A stretch of DNA of 63,722 bases, the filler included, from Reticulomyxa filosa (Eukaryota > Protista > Foraminifera), in the NCBI GenBank assembly GCA_000512085.1. It is 19 parts of 19 records of this genome, joined end to end, with 100 filler letters (N's around TTAATTAATTAA, not from the genome) between each part and the next. Parts side by side here need not be neighbours in the genome. Positions count along the whole stretch, not along the records: positions 32,220 to 37,403 come from ASPP01007320.1; positions 37,504 to 42,111 come from ASPP01007247.1; positions 42,212 to 44,411 come from ASPP01026906.1; positions 44,512 to 46,096 come from ASPP01044145.1; positions 46,197 to 50,230 come from ASPP01019908.1; positions 50,331 to 52,868 come from ASPP01018164.1; 13 more parts are not named here. One strand, 5' to 3'. Positions within the stretch are counted from its first letter, which is position 1; each line of letters opens with the position of its first letter. The translations under genes were made by a program, and so were the position numbers. Below are positions 36,375-50,370 of this stretch, piece by piece. Below the pieces are notes generated by a model. That model was not told where the DNA came from and searched no databases. It saw only the letters and a program-made list of their open reading frames with translations.

Positions 36375-37256
36375 ATGTTTGGTTGTTTTGGAGCCAGATT
36401 TGAACAAAAGCGTTCATCAAAAGGTGTTTCTGCTGCTTCAGTTGGGAGAAAAAAAAAAGTAGGACAAACGTTGAAGAGACGTTTGCAAATAGCGATTGGA
36501 AATGAAAAACAATAACAACAACACACAAAAAAAAAAAAATACAACAAAAAACGATACGCTCAGGAGAAGACAAACACAACACCAGTGTCAGAGTCAGAAT
36601 CAGTGAAAAAGAGGAAATTATCAACGAAGAAAAAGAACAGCAAAAAGGACAAGATAGAAGAGACAAGAGTAGGAAAGGGGAAACAGGAGTTGAATAGTAA
36701 GAGAGTGTTGGAATGGAGCGAAGACCAAGTGAGTGAATGGTTTGCAGTGATAGGTTATCCGAATTATAGCGCGACAGTGTTGGAGAACCATATCACAGGG
36801 AATGACTTGTTGGAATTGAATAAAACAGATTTGCAAGACATGGGTATCACAGTGATAGGACACATTAAAAACATATTGCGGCATATTCGTGTGCTGCAAG
36901 AGGCCAGTCATTACCGTCCTTTCGCAGCCACCACCACTGCTACTGCACTCCATTCGAAATCGAATCATTCTCAGCGTCGTCTTGCGCACTCCTCTTCGAC
37001 TTCATTAAACCCCAATGGACCGCACGTCGAGTCATCTCACATCACTGATCGCAATCACGACAAATCTCCCGTCCTTATTTCCTCGACCACTGTTAACCAT
37101 CCACCAATGCCAAATTTGACCGATGCCAACGATGTCGATGCTAATATTGATATCGATATGCAGTATACCACGTCTGGACAAGGGCAGTCCGACAAAGTGC
37201 CCAATGTAAGCAACCAATCCCATCACACTGTTACACTCCATTTTTTTTTTAAATAA
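36375..37256 (+). CDS. SAM-domain protein (3' truncated)
   Basis: VLEWSEDQVSEWFAVIGYPNYSATVLENHITGNDLLELNKTDLQDMGITVIGHIKNILRHI is a canonical SAM domain. The start at 36375 is inferred. Confidence 0.85.
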
Positions 37257-37503
37257 TAATAAATAATAAAAAAAGATAGGGGGAGGGGAGAAGATTCAAA
37301 TACTCTCACTTGCTTATTTGTGTTTGTTTGTTTGTTTGTTTCTTCCCTGTTCTTTTTTCGTCCCTTTGCGATATTTTTAAAAAAAAAGTTGGGAAGTTAA
37401 GAGNNNNNNNNNNNNNNNNNNNNNNNNNNNNNNNNNNNNNNNNNNNNTTAATTAATTAANNNNNNNNNNNNNNNNNNNNNNNNNNNNNNNNNNNNNNNNN
37501 NNN

Positions 37504-39046
37504 CTTCTTCTTCTCTCATTACCGCCACCATTGCTGACGAGCAACTATCTTTGTCCACTCCCAGTTGATTTTTTTTTTTCTCCACATTTTTCTGATTGGA
37601 TATCTCTCTTTGTCTGTTTGTCTCTGTTACAAATGAAAGAAAAACGCAGACCTCCAATCCGTCAGAGCTGGAATGTCCTTCATAAACCTGTTTCACCTGT
37701 TCATCATACCGCGATTGAATTCAACAGCTCGAGTCAAACGGCAACGAACAGCATTGCCCCATTGGAAGGCACATGGAAACCTCCCACGACAATGCAGGGT
37801 GTAAGTGAGAGATGTAACAGCGAGTGGATTGGCAAGACCAATGACAGTGACACATTCCCGTCATCTCATCGCGATAGCAATGCAACATTGGCCATACCCC
37901 TCATTAACTACATTGAAAGAAAAACAGAGATCGAACAAGGTACCAAAGAAAGCCATATTGATCACAAAAACAACATACGAGCCAACACCTGCATTTTATC
38001 GTCTAAACATGTGTCAACTCCCAATACTTCATTAAACTATTCATTTTCGGTTTAGTTTCTTTGTTTTTTTGTAAAATCTATATCAGTATATACATATATA
38101 ATGACGAAATGATGGAATTGTGTAATTGCATTAGGGAGAGCCCAAGTTATCACCACAAACAACGCCAACAACAATAACAACTGAAACAACCACACAAACG
38201 ACAACAATGAATGGAGGTTTGCCAATGCAAATTTGTCCAATTGTTGTGAATGTGAACGGCTTACCTTTGCAAAAGCCTTTGTCGCAAGTGCAAACTATTG
38301 AATCAATGTTTCAGCCGTATTTGCTTGATTCCTCCGGTGTGTTTCGGCCTGTTCAGTTGTCGACCACCGATTGGGAACGGATTCAATTGCAATTGCAATT
38401 GCAACAACAACAGCAAATGATAGCCTTTTCTCAAACTCATTGGAAACATTTCCATGTTACAGACACAACGCAAATGCATTCATCCATTCCAGATCAAAGG
38501 CCGCAAGCTACTCTGTTACACACTAATCCAATGCTAGTGTTAGGAAATAGTAATAATTATGGCCATGGCATATTTGTAAACAAGACCATACCGACAATGA
38601 CGCCGCTTAATTTTGAAAGTCCTCCAACTCATGTTTCACCCTCTTCTTCCTTGTCCTCACTTGCAAATCTGCATTCTCTCTTTTCTGCGACTTCCAATAC
38701 AAGTTACATATTTTATTTTTTTTTTCCTTAATACTTTCTTAAACAAGCGACATAATCTCCTATCTTTGTGTGTATATGTATATAATACCTTTGTTCAATG
38801 ACCTTTCTTCTTCCTTGCCAAGACTTTGCTCCTGTCAATCGTATCCCGAGTATTGCTCTACCAACAAACACAAACGTGGTTACACCAGTTGGTCACGACA
38901 GTCATTTCCACGCTTCAAACGGCAGCTTCCCAATCCATGTCACACAAATGTCTTTCCAAATGCAACCACAACCACAATTTACTTGCAAATCTAATCCCTT
39001 TTATATGCCACTCCCCCAACAAAGGTATCTTTCTCAAAATCTTTAA
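37504..39046 (+). CDS. Unknown low-complexity S/T/Q/P-rich protein, 3' exons
   Basis: Chain of same-strand ORFs (37531, 38207, 38798) separated by GT..AG AT-rich gaps. It may be the continuation of a gene from another contig. Confidence 0.5.
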
Positions 39047-39548
39047 CCTCATCCAGTCACAGTCAAAGATGACAGTAACTGGATATCGCTTTCAATCTGT
39101 AATTTTGCTGCTGAGAGTGAGAAGCGAAGCAGAGGTTGTTTTGTTTATTTTTTTATTATCGTGATTACAATTGGAGGAAACATATTATTATTTGCCTTTT
39201 TTTTGTTTGTTCAGTTAGCTTACTTAGTAGTTTGTTTATCCGGTTTATCATTTTGTTTTATTTACTTTTGTGTTGTACTTTCGGGATAGAAGAACGAAAC
39301 AAAAAAAGGCAGTATCTTTGAAATTTACTTTCTTGTCTATTGTCTGTGTATGAACTATCCTTACTCCACTTGTCATGTATTCTTTTCGATAATTTTTGCT
39401 TTTTTTAACTCATTAGGTCTTTTAAGAACTTTTAATTGAAACAATGTTGGACTTTCTTCTAAATTCAAGTACATTCTTTAAAATGGATTGTAAAAATGAA
39501 CCCAATCTAACAATACTAAGTATAAAAAATGAGAAAAAAAGCGCACAT

Positions 39549-40955
39549 TTATTTGTAGATGCGAATGGGTCCATTGCAAGTGCCATAAATTAACTGTTGA
39601 CCACGATCCTCCTTGGAAGTTTGAAAGTAGATGGACAATATTCCTTTGTCATCATTTCCTCCGTTGATTACATGCAGTTGTTTGTTGACTCGAGTATCCC
39701 AAAATCGAATGGTGTTGTCAATCGATCCAGAACATATTGTGTTTGCACGTTCATACTCAACAGCCCACACAGCTTTTGTATGCCCCCTGAGTATATGAAT
39801 ATTTTTTTTGGATCGAATATCCCACAGTCGGACAGTTTTATCTTCTGATCCAGAACATAGGGTAGTTCCAGTGGATGAATACTTTACGCTATACACGTAA
39901 TTTTCATGTCCTTTGAAAACAGCCAATTCTTTGGCTTGTTCGACATCCCATTGGCGAATGGTATTGTCGTGCGACGCAGAACAAAGTGTGTACCCCGCGC
40001 CGCCGACTACACCATTACCAGTGCATTGATCGTCATTTGTATCGCCCTCGCTTTGCACCGGTGAAAATTCTACGCGCCAAACACAAGATGTGTGTCCATT
40101 GAAAACAGACAGCATTTTACCTGTTTTGATATCCCACAAGCGCAGAGTTTTATCCCATGATCCAGAGCATAAATACTGGTTATTATTAAATGGAGAGAAT
40201 TGGATGGTGCAGACAGACCCCTTATGTCCGCAGAGTTCCTGGAACTTCTCCGATGTTTCGAAATCCCACATGTAAATCTTTTCGCAATTCGACGCCGAAC
40301 AGATTGTAGGACGTAGTTTATTCATGCCATGGTAATGCTGGTAAAATTGCAGTATTTCGCATCGTACACAGCGCCCGGGGGTTCGTATACTTTGAGCTGT
40401 GTCGCAGTCGTTGCGTTCCACACGCGTATTGTTCCATCGTACGAAGCGGAACAAATAAACTCCTCGCTGTCCAAGGAAAAATATTCTACGTTATATACCC
40501 AATTCGAATGTTTAATGCAATTTTTTATGATTTTGCAAGAGGGACTACATAAATCAAACGTGCTAGTGGAAGAGTCACTCACATCGGCAAGACTCACCAG
40601 TGTCATCATATTTGTCTGCTTTTCCTCATTCTCATCTTTCTTCGATTGCACCTGCAGTCGTAACTTTTCGTTCTCCAATTTCAAACGTTGGATCTCCTCC
40701 TATTTTGATATATGTTAATCTTTTTAATCTAAGAAAAAAATGTATGCACATACATATATGTTTATATGTGGTATTGAAACACAACGTCTGCGCTCTTTTG
40801 GTGTCCTCAAATTTTTGGTTGACTAGTTTGACGTGCAGTTTCGTGTTTGACACCAAGTGATTGTCCAAGTCTTGAGGAAGACATGTGTAAGAGCATCCAA
40901 ATGGCTTGTACAAGCAATCGACTTTGGAATTGTCAAGGAGTAGCATTTTTGACAC
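39549..40955 (-). CDS. TRAF-like Zn motif plus coiled coil plus WD40 repeat protein
   Basis: CLYKPFGCSYTCLPQDLDNHL, then GH...CSGSxDxTxRxWD repeats and GVVGGAGYTLCSAS. One-base frameshift near 40350. Confidence 0.88.
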
Positions 40956-41373
40956 AAATTTTTTGGGATTTTTAAGTTAGTGGGGACAGACGTTTTTTTT
41001 TTACAAAACTTTTTTGTTTAAGTTGTACATGTCAGCAGTTTCATTTTAACAACGAGTGCGTTAGATTTTAAAAAATCCAGCTAAAAAAATCAATTACACG
41101 ACGATTTTATAAGTTTTTGTCAGTAAATTATTTGTTTGTCGTTGCACGCTGCACGTTAGGTGGTCAGAGCTAATTTATTTCTTGGTGTTAAAAGTGTTTT
41201 TGAAGCGTGCTCGGCCTTACAAAATCGGAACGAGAAAAAGGAAAAAACAAGGCGAAAACATAGAAAGTTCACGGGTGAATTTCCTGCAATCATACGCAAA
41301 TCATTTTACATTCAATCTATTCAATCAACAAAATATCGATTAGAGGAGAGAGTGGATAAACAACAAAAAAAAA

Positions 41374-42111
41374 ATGGCAAATGAGGACCATATCCTCATT
41401 CTCAACCAAATCGACGAAGCTCTTCAAAACTGTTTACGTTTGAACAACAGCATTTGTGTTTTTTGGAATACTTTTACACACACCAAAAAAAAGCATATCT
41501 ATGTATATGTGTGTATATGTGATATGTACCACTTACAAAAGATCATCGAAACGGAGCCCAAACCCTGGAATTGAGTTTCAAAGAAGTAAATTTTTTGTCT
41601 CGTTGTGCTCGTTACGTCGATGATAGTTACGCAATATACCCTTTTCACACAGACCCATTTATTTTTTTTTGCAACGTTTATAAAAAATGCGTGAATGATT
41701 TTTTGTTGGTGCAGATCGCAAAAACTCGTTTGAAGAAAGTTCAAAATATGGTGGTGAAATTGTATGCAATTCATATACAACGCCAGTGGCAAAGAGTAGT
41801 CCATCGTCGGCGCATGGCGACATAGTGAATGGAAGCGACAACGAGGACGACAACAAAAGCGTGAGTGAAAGCATTGAAAATTCGAATGTGACGTCCAAGC
41901 CGAGCAAGATTTTCCTTCCTACTTTGCACAAAAGACACACCCAAAGCATAAGCAGTGAATGGGGCAGAAAAAGCTGTCGAGATACGCCGGCCAGTGAACG
42001 GAGCTTTCGTAGTTCGGGGACCTTTTTTTCGAGACGAAGTCATAGCACTGCTTTCGACAGCGATGAAAAAAACGCAAATATGGGTATATCATACCATTGT
42101 TTTTTTTTTTT
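41374..42111 (+). CDS. Unknown multi-exon protein, 5' part
   Basis: MANEDHILILNQIDEALQNCL... with exons separated by GTT..AG introns; divergent from the WD40 gene. Confidence 0.5.
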
Positions 42112-42325
42112 NNNNNNNNNNNNNNNNNNNNNNNNNNNNNNNNNNNNNNNNNNNNTTAATTAATTAANNNNNNNNNNNNNNNNNNNNNNNNNNNNNNNNN
42201 NNNNNNNNNNNGCCTTTCCGTAATAGGTCTGTACATTGTTTTGTTTTTGTTTTTTTTCCTTTTTCCTTCTCTCTCTCTCTTTCCTTGTTTGATAATTAAA
42301 TGGAAGGGAAAACTTGTTGTGCCAG

Positions 42326-44411
42326 ATGAATTGGACGGCATTCCACTGTGTGTGTCGCTATCAAAGCGCAAAGAACATCCACTTGTTCTGCGAACACTTG
42401 TCGTGCTATGCCGACCGCGGCGAGTCGCTGTGGACGTTGACCACAAACGACTTCAACAGAACACCTCTCCTGTTGGGCTGCGAAAATATCCAACCTGGAA
42501 GTTTTGCTGCCATTATCTCCCATTTGCCAAAGGAGAATCTCGATGTATGGAACTTGCAAGACGAAGTTTTGTTTCATGTTGCATACACACATAAACATGC
42601 CATTCACATGCAATGTTGAAAACACAACACATCATCATAATCACCACCACCACCACCACAACCACAAGCGTGGTACCAACGCATTCGCAAGTGCGCTGTT
42701 CCATCAAGAAGACTTATCCTTTATGTCGGACCCGCGAGTCATTGCAATCAAATGGTTGACTGAAGAATTTTGGAAAGGAATCAAAGACAAACGAGTTTGG
42801 TTTGAGACATTATTATTATTCCATTTATTCACTTGTTTTTTTTTTTTTTGTTCTCTTTGGCAAACACGTATGCGCAAACACGTGAACACGCAGGGAAACA
42901 ACGTGTTGCACTTCGTACTGAGTAATGAGAGCCAAAGTAACAGTATACGTCATCGTAAGTTGCAACAGCTGTTGGAGGTGTTGCCTTTGACATTGCTGAA
43001 GGAGTTTGTGGAAAAAGAAAATCGAGTTACATATACATATACATATACATATATGCATATTATGCGAGTTTATGTAAATGTTTATGCAATGAAATAAAAA
43101 AAAAAAACAGGAAGGAAAGACAGCGTTCCGATTGTTAAACGCAGACATGAAAGCGACTCTGTTGACAAGGTTCGCCGACATGAGACAACAACTGGAAGGG
43201 TTGCAAGAAGTGTTGAACGGCGAGAATTTGCTGGTGCGAGAAAACAACCCCACCACATCAGAAGACGGGGAACCCTTGGACGACATCCTCATCGAACACG
43301 ACTTTGAACACATTACAGGCGGCCAAATAGGAGAAACGCAAGGTGAAGAAGAAGAAGAAGAAGAAGAAGAAGATGATGATGATGATGAAGAAGGAGAGGA
43401 AGAAGGAGAAGAAGAAGAAGGAGAAGATGACGAAGAAGAAAAAAAAGAAGAGGACACACTTGAGGACAAGCAAGGAAAAATCGAAGCAGAAAAGGTTTGA
43501 AACAGAAAGTTCACAACAACAACAACAACAACAAAATATAATAACTTGATTTGTAATACCTATCATGTGCAAATACCCTTTCCAAAAAAAAAACAACAAA
43601 GGATTCAAGCGCGTTATCAAAAACAGAAGAGCTGTTGGCCGCAGAGAGTTTGTGGATTGAAAATGTGAAAGAAGAAAAGGAAGCAAAATCTCGTTTTTCA
43701 CCAGTTTCATATGTATATATATATATATATGTATATATTAAATACATATATACAAATTATTTAATGTTTGTGCAATATTGAAAAGAAAACGAAAATGAAG
43801 GCTTATTTTCCAATGTTCGGCAATAAATCGTCACAATATCAATCTCCTCCTTCTTCGCTGGGCGAGTTTCCTTCGAAAACAAAGTATGTGCCAAAGTCTT
43901 CGGCATTATTGAAAAATGTAAACGAAAGCAAAATCTCGAAACCGAAATCAGAATCAAATTCGAAAGCGAAAGTGAAATCGAAATTGAAATTGAATTCGAA
44001 TTCGAAGCCGAAGGAGGTGGTTGCGGAAAAGCCTCTAACCTCGGAGCCCTCGCTCATGCGCACGCAGTCCAGTGCCAACTTTGAACAAGAGTTACACCAA
44101 ATGGCGCAGTGTGGCATGACCAACTATCGATTAAATGCTCACGCCTTGTCCATGGCCAGCGGCAATGTCCACCAAGCCATTCAAATCATACCCACATTGA
44201 CAAAGACATCCTCGCTCGCCTCCAAACGGAGTTCCTCGACTTTCACATCGTCGCTATTGTCAGCACCGTCATCGGCAATGTCATCATCAATAATGCCATT
44301 AGAAATGTCATCAGCAATGTCATCATCAACAATGTCATCAGCAATGCCATTTGCAATGTCATCAACAAAGCCTTCAGCAATGTCATCAGTAATGTCATCA
44401 GCAATGTCATC
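42326..44411 (+). CDS. Ankyrin-like repeat protein with acidic tract, UBA-like domain and SSAM repeats
   Basis: NWTAFHCVC, NRTPLLLGC, GTNAFASA, GNNVLHFVL and GKTAFRL are ankyrin-like starts. Poly-E/D tract. FEQELHQMAQCGMTNYRLNAHALSMASGNVHQAIQII resembles a ubiquilin-type UBA. Confidence 0.7.
44270..44411 (+). repeat. 12-bp coding minisatellite (TCATCAGCAATG)n = SSAM
   Basis: About 11 degenerate copies running into the contig end. Confidence 0.85.
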
Positions 44412-44569
44412 NNNNNNNNNNNNNNNNNNNNNNNNNNNNNNNNNNNNNNNNNNNNTTAATTAATTAANNNNNNNNNNNNNNNNNNNNNNNNNNNNNNNNN
44501 NNNNNNNNNNNAAAAAAAAACAAACATTTTTTGTATACGTATTTTTTTTAATAAAAAAAAATTGATTAG

Positions 44570-45713
44570 ATGAGGGTGGCCTAGTGATTGCATGTTTAGA
44601 AGCCAAAACGGCGATCATTGAAGAGAATTTGTTCGATGGGGACTACCTGAACAATGCTGTGTACTCAGCAAGGCATTGTTGAAAGCTGCAAGGTCGCGTT
44701 GTAATGCATTAAGCGTGCAGAAGAATTTGGATTAAAAATCGAAGGAAAAGTTACTGCCGACTTCCAGAAGATGATGGAAAGAATGCGAAAAATAAAGTTC
44801 ATTTTTTTTTTAATAAAGAAAAAAGAAAAGCAATAAATAATTTATACGCTCTAAGCATTTTACAAATATATATGTACATATATTGTATACACACAAAAAG
44901 ATTGAACACTTTTGAATGAAAGGGACAGTGGTTGGAATGAAATGTGAATATAACAGAGTTCTCTAATCACGATGTTTGTGAACGTTCACGTGGAAAATTT
45001 ATATCAAAAAATAAGATAAAGGTCCGCGATAATGTATTGGAGTTTGCACGGGATTGATTGCAACAGGTGGACAGCAGTCAGTTCCGCCCATCCTGTGAGT
45101 GGACACCATAGAATACTTGAACAATCATTCGTTGTGAAATTTGATGGAGTTGCCGGCCAAAATAGCAATGATCGGATCCGGGACGATTTGCTGCGAAATC
45201 TTTCAAGAGCTTGCGCTGTTTGGTTCGCACGTGCTTATTCTCAATCGAAGAGATTGAATACTGGGAAAAGAGGATTTCAAGTGGTAAGTGAATCGACGTC
45301 GATCCGATCAAATGAAAGGCTGGTGGCATTAAAATTGTCGTTGAACGTGCGAAAAGAAAAAAAATGGAAAAACTCATCGTCGACGAAGTACTTATCGCGA
45401 CATTGAGAAAGCCCAATATTGAAAATATGTGATTGGAAAAGGCATGTGTTAAATTTGATGTTTATAGAGGAATTGAAGTAAATGACTATTTGCAAACTTC
45501 CAATAGCAATGTATACGCCATTGGTGATTGTTGCACAAGATATCAGTTCACTCATATAGCCGATGCAATGGCCAGAATGGTTATTCGCAATGCTATGTTC
45601 TTTCATTATTAAGTAGCGCAAGTACGCATTTCCAGAAGTGGCACATGTGGTGTTGTACGAATGAGGTCTACAAACCAGTCGCATCGACTATGATGTGATT
45701 AAAGTAGACTTAG
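44570..45713 (+). pseudogene. Pyridine nucleotide-disulfide oxidoreductase (MerA/lipoamide dehydrogenase-like) pseudogene
   Basis: AIIEENLFDGDYLN (decayed GGDCLN), DEVLIATLRKPNIENM*LEKA, GIEVNDYLQTSNSNVYAIGDCCTRYQFTHIADAMARMVIRNA, PEVAHV. Stops, frameshifts and loss of the redox Cys. Confidence 0.85.
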
Positions 45714-45830
45714 GTAATGAATCCTCTGGAAAGTTTGTCGTTATTTTTTTTTTACGTGCTTCTGTATGGTACTGTCTTTTTTTAAACAAAAAAAAACGTG
45801 TAATGTATTCATATATTGAAAGAGTGAAAG

Positions 45831-46037
45831 AAGCAAAAAGTGGAGATAAAAGTTATAAGTAAAAAGATAAAATCAAGAAACATAATCTTATCATTACAGT
45901 TCGCACAGAAGTAAATGCATTGAAGATGCTACATCATCACAGACACTTGGTTCGTTTGCTAGAAGTGTTGGATAGCAAACAAATGTTATATATTGTGTTG
46001 GAATTGGTCGAATGTGGAGAATTGTTCAACAAAATAA
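45831..46037 (+). pseudogene. CAMK/SNF1-type protein kinase N-lobe fragment
   Basis: KVEIKVISK.../VRTEVNALKMLHHHRHLVRLLEVLDSKQMLYIVLELVECGELFNKI (subdomains II-V). One frameshift; the contig ends soon after. Confidence 0.7.
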
Positions 46038-48363
46038 GTACAAACACAACTTTGTGTGTTCAATTCCATTTAGGAGATTGGACCTAATTGCTAAAANNNN
46101 NNNNNNNNNNNNNNNNNNNNNNNNNNNNNNNNNNNNNNNNTTAATTAATTAANNNNNNNNNNNNNNNNNNNNNNNNNNNNNNNNNNNNNNNNNNNNAATT
46201 TATTCATATCTTAAAGGAAAATAATGCATCATATTTGCACTTGATTTTTTCACATTTATCATTAAAGAAATACAGCAATTTATTTTAATTTAATCTTACT
46301 CCAGTTTTTACATAGCTGAACAAAATTAAGAATTTATAAGATATAAGTCGCATCAAAAAAGGAACAAAAACGAAATCTTTGTGATTTAACAAGTTAAAAT
46401 GAAAGCAAGTGTTTCATTTTTTGCCTGAAATGTAAAAATGGAGCAAATGACGCAAACACCAGTGTCAAAAAGAACACAAAATACAAAGAAACAACCTTAA
46501 GCAACTTAAAAATTTACTCACTTTTTCAAAATCATAAATCGCATTTACAAAAGATGTGGATGAACAAGTTTAGATTTTTGGTCCAAAGATACATACAGTT
46601 CATTGTTGCAGTGAACTAGACTGCTTCATGTATTCTTAATAGTAATTCAGAGTCAGACTATTTAATAACTAAAATCAAATTTAAAATGGAGTACATAAAA
46701 ATGTAAGAAATCGCAAAAACTGTTTTAATTGAGTAAATAACTTAATTATTTAGAACTTTGCAAACACTGTCTTGATATTTTTATAAAAGATAGAGTGAAA
46801 ATAATAAGATGTACTTTAAGAAGGGGGGGTTGTATACTAAGCATCGACAAGATCTGATTTCAATATACCAAACATGTGAAGTGATTGCCAATACATTTGT
46901 AAAAAAAAATTTATAAAATAAATATTTTTTCAAACACGATTTTCTTTGCAAGAGCCTTTTTGTCACAGCAAGCAAACAAATTAGTCAAGGTATTTGAGTG
47001 ATAACAATAATAAAAAAATACAAGTTATGTTTGTTTTTGACTTTATCAATGTTGGTTGTACTTTCATGTTTTATCTATTGTTTCGTTCAACCGACAATAG
47101 GTATTTTGAACATATTTTGCTTATCTTTCATCTCAAGCTTCATAACAATACTTGCACATTCGGGCTCCAGTGTAATGATCAATTGATCAGGGATGGAGCG
47201 ACTCCATAAATTAGCTTGTTGAACCTATTAGTTCATTTGTCCTTTTGCCTTTTCATTTCAAATTGCTGGCACTGTTACACCCATTGGATGTTTTCCTCTT
47301 TGTTGAAATATTTCATTGCTTCACTTTTGCATCATTTCAAAATTCCCACAAATACAATGTCGTGCTTGACTTTTGTATCATTCACTAATTTCAATTGAGC
47401 ATTATCTTCGTTGGTGATGGTTGATTTAACATCATCTTTGGAGCCACTTTTGTCTGTATGTGTGTGCATGCTTCATGTTATATAACATGTAAACAACAAT
47501 AAAACATAATTATACGTGGACATAATAAGTGCATATGAAATAAAATACCATGTAAAGCCATTTTGAAGTTGTCAACTAAAATGATAAATCTTTTTGTTAT
47601 TATTTTTCATATATATATATATATATTTGTTTGTTAAATTGTTGTCATTACAACTTTCAAGTTGTTTTGAAAAATATAGTGATAATTTTGTTCATTTTAT
47701 ACAAAACAAGTTTCATTCCCAAATGCAATCGTGTTATTCTCGTGGTTCAATAAAACAGCACTTTTCGTTTTCTCAATTGTCATCGCATTCTATTGTTAGC
47801 ATAATCCTTCGAATGGATTACAATTGCAATTACAATTCCATGAGTCCATTTAATTTTAATAGTCTTTCGATCTCAAAGTTTTATTAATCGTGTTTTTTTT
47901 TATGTTTCATCCAGTTTAAATGGATTACTTCTAAACTTTTCTGTTGATTCTATTTAGTATATATTTGCACACACATCCCTTTTTTGTTAAAACCTCTTTG
48001 ATACTAATCTTCTTTCATATTATTTTAATATCAATTAATCTTAATCATTTTTTTTAAAAAAATGTACAAAAAATACAAATCTTTACTTTTGAGAACAGAA
48101 CTGAGTGTTTTCAAAATCCATGAAGGATAGAAGAAAACATTGTTATCGTTTTTTAAAACAAGACAAAATTATGTTTCAAAGTTTTTATTGAAAATCTTTT
48201 GAAAAAAACTTGCCATATACGAAATTCTTTTTAAAAAAATTACATGTACTATTTTATGTTGACAAAGATATTTTTGAAAACCCCTTTCCTTACACTCGAA
48301 AGGAAAAAAGTTCAATATCTTACATTTTACATTATCAAAAACGATCTTAAGAGAAAAAACAAA

Positions 48364-49700
48364 ATGACAACTTTTGCCAATGAGAAGCAGACGTCAATAC
48401 AATTAGCATTGGTAAGCTTTAGTACAAGCTTTCAGAAAATCTATTGTTTTTTTAATGTTTTGTTTATCGTATGTAAATTGTGATTCAAACAGTCTGAAGA
48501 AGAAAAGATTCAAGTAATTATACGACATTGGATTCGAACATTGCAAATCAAATTTGGATGGATTAATGAGTTTGACAAACTCATTGTCAACTATGTTAGT
48601 CTGTTTGTCTTTTTTCTTTTAAAATATTTAAATGTTTATTTAACATAGATATATAATCTATTTATGTTTGATACATTTCAAGCATCATCAAAATTAATCA
48701 ATTCATTCATTGGACATCCTAGTTGTGTATATAGTATTGATTATTCAACATTTGATGATTGTCAATTCATTTGTTCTGGATCAAATGATAAAACAGTTAG
48801 TGTATGGGATATTGATAACAACAAGCAAATTCAATCATTCAACGGACATTTCCGTTCTGTAACTTGTGTAAAATTTTCATCATATCATTATCGTAATCAT
48901 CATCAAAATGTTATTTTCTCTTCATCACATGATAAAAATATTCGTTCTTGGGATTTCAAACATAATAAACCATTACAAATATTAAATGGACATACAGACT
49001 TTATCAGTTGTATTAAATTTTCATCATTTAATGGTGGTAGATATTTATGTTCTGCATCATATGACAGAACAATTCGTTTATGGGATGTTGAAACATCAAA
49101 ACAATTACATGTTTTTAATGGACATGAATGTGGCATTTGGTCTATTGATTTTTCATCATTACAAAGAAATTATAACAATGATAATAATATTGGTGTAATT
49201 GGTGGAAATGGATATAAAATTTGTTCTGGATCAGGTGATAATACCATTCGAATATGGGATATTGAAACATATAAACAATGTAATGTATTTAAAGGACATG
49301 AAGATATTGTGATGAGTGTAAAATATGGATCAAATGAATTATTGAATACAATATTATCCTGATCATGTGATAGAAGTATTTGTTTGTGGGATATTCGATC
49401 TGGTCAACCAATATTAAAGTTGAATGGATATAAAGAGCAATATTATCCGTTGAATATTCGCCATTTGTAATAAAGAATTTTTTTGGTAATTCAAATGTAG
49501 TATATTCATTATCATCATCTAATGAAATTTGTTTTTGGGACATTCGATTACTTAATAAAGAATTGCATTCCATCAAAGGATATTCTAACGATGAAATATT
49601 ATGTCTTACATTTATGGAATTGAAAAAGAAATAGAATGACAAATATGTTATGAATTTATGCTATGGTTCAAAAAAAGGTATAATTTGTATTTGGGAATAA
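48364..49700 (+). pseudogene. WD40-repeat family gene with premature stop
   Basis: MTTFANEKQ...IQVIIRHWIRTLQIKFGWINEFDKLIVNY leader, then WD40 repeats. TGA replaces Gly at 49360 (ILS*SCD), with a further frameshift and stop. Ends LCYGSKKGIICIWE*. Confidence 0.9.
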
Positions 49701-50370
49701 TTTACTTTTTGTTTGGAAATTTTGATTAAATAAAATAAGTTGATATTATATTATTGAATGTAAGCATTTAATTATTTGTTTCATTTTACTTTTGTTAGTT
49801 AAAAAAGCTTCGTTCAATGTTTTTTAAAGAATTTCGATATTCAGAATATTAATGATACACAAAAAGAACTTCTACCACAAAACGGATGACAATCTGCAAA
49901 CCTTGCTGTATTGTTATTCCGATAATAATGTTGGTAATTTTTGAGATTTTTTTCGCAGTTAATGCTATAGAATAATTGCTATGTTGGCGTTTATTGCTTT
50001 TGACAATTATTGGACAATACTATTTTTTAAAGGTCTTCATTTGACTTACAAATGTTCAGTCTAAAATTAAAAAAAAATCATTGTTAAACAAACAAATTTT
50101 CAATACAAACCAAAACATACAAAAAATTGAAACTTTTTTTACAATCCAATATTTTGTTCACGATTAGCAGCCTATTTACAACCCAGTTTCATTTTGTGCT
50201 AGGCAAATATTCACTTTCAAAACATGAACANNNNNNNNNNNNNNNNNNNNNNNNNNNNNNNNNNNNNNNNNNNNTTAATTAATTAANNNNNNNNNNNNNN
50301 NNNNNNNNNNNNNNNNNNNNNNNNNNNNNNTTTTTTTTTTTTTTTTTTTTTTTGCGTCTCTTCATAAAGT

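Noticed and set aside
49360-49362. In-frame TGA in a WD40 gene as possible selenocysteine or readthrough
   Set aside because: It replaces a conserved Gly (SGS) and is followed by more lesions, so this is a pseudogene.
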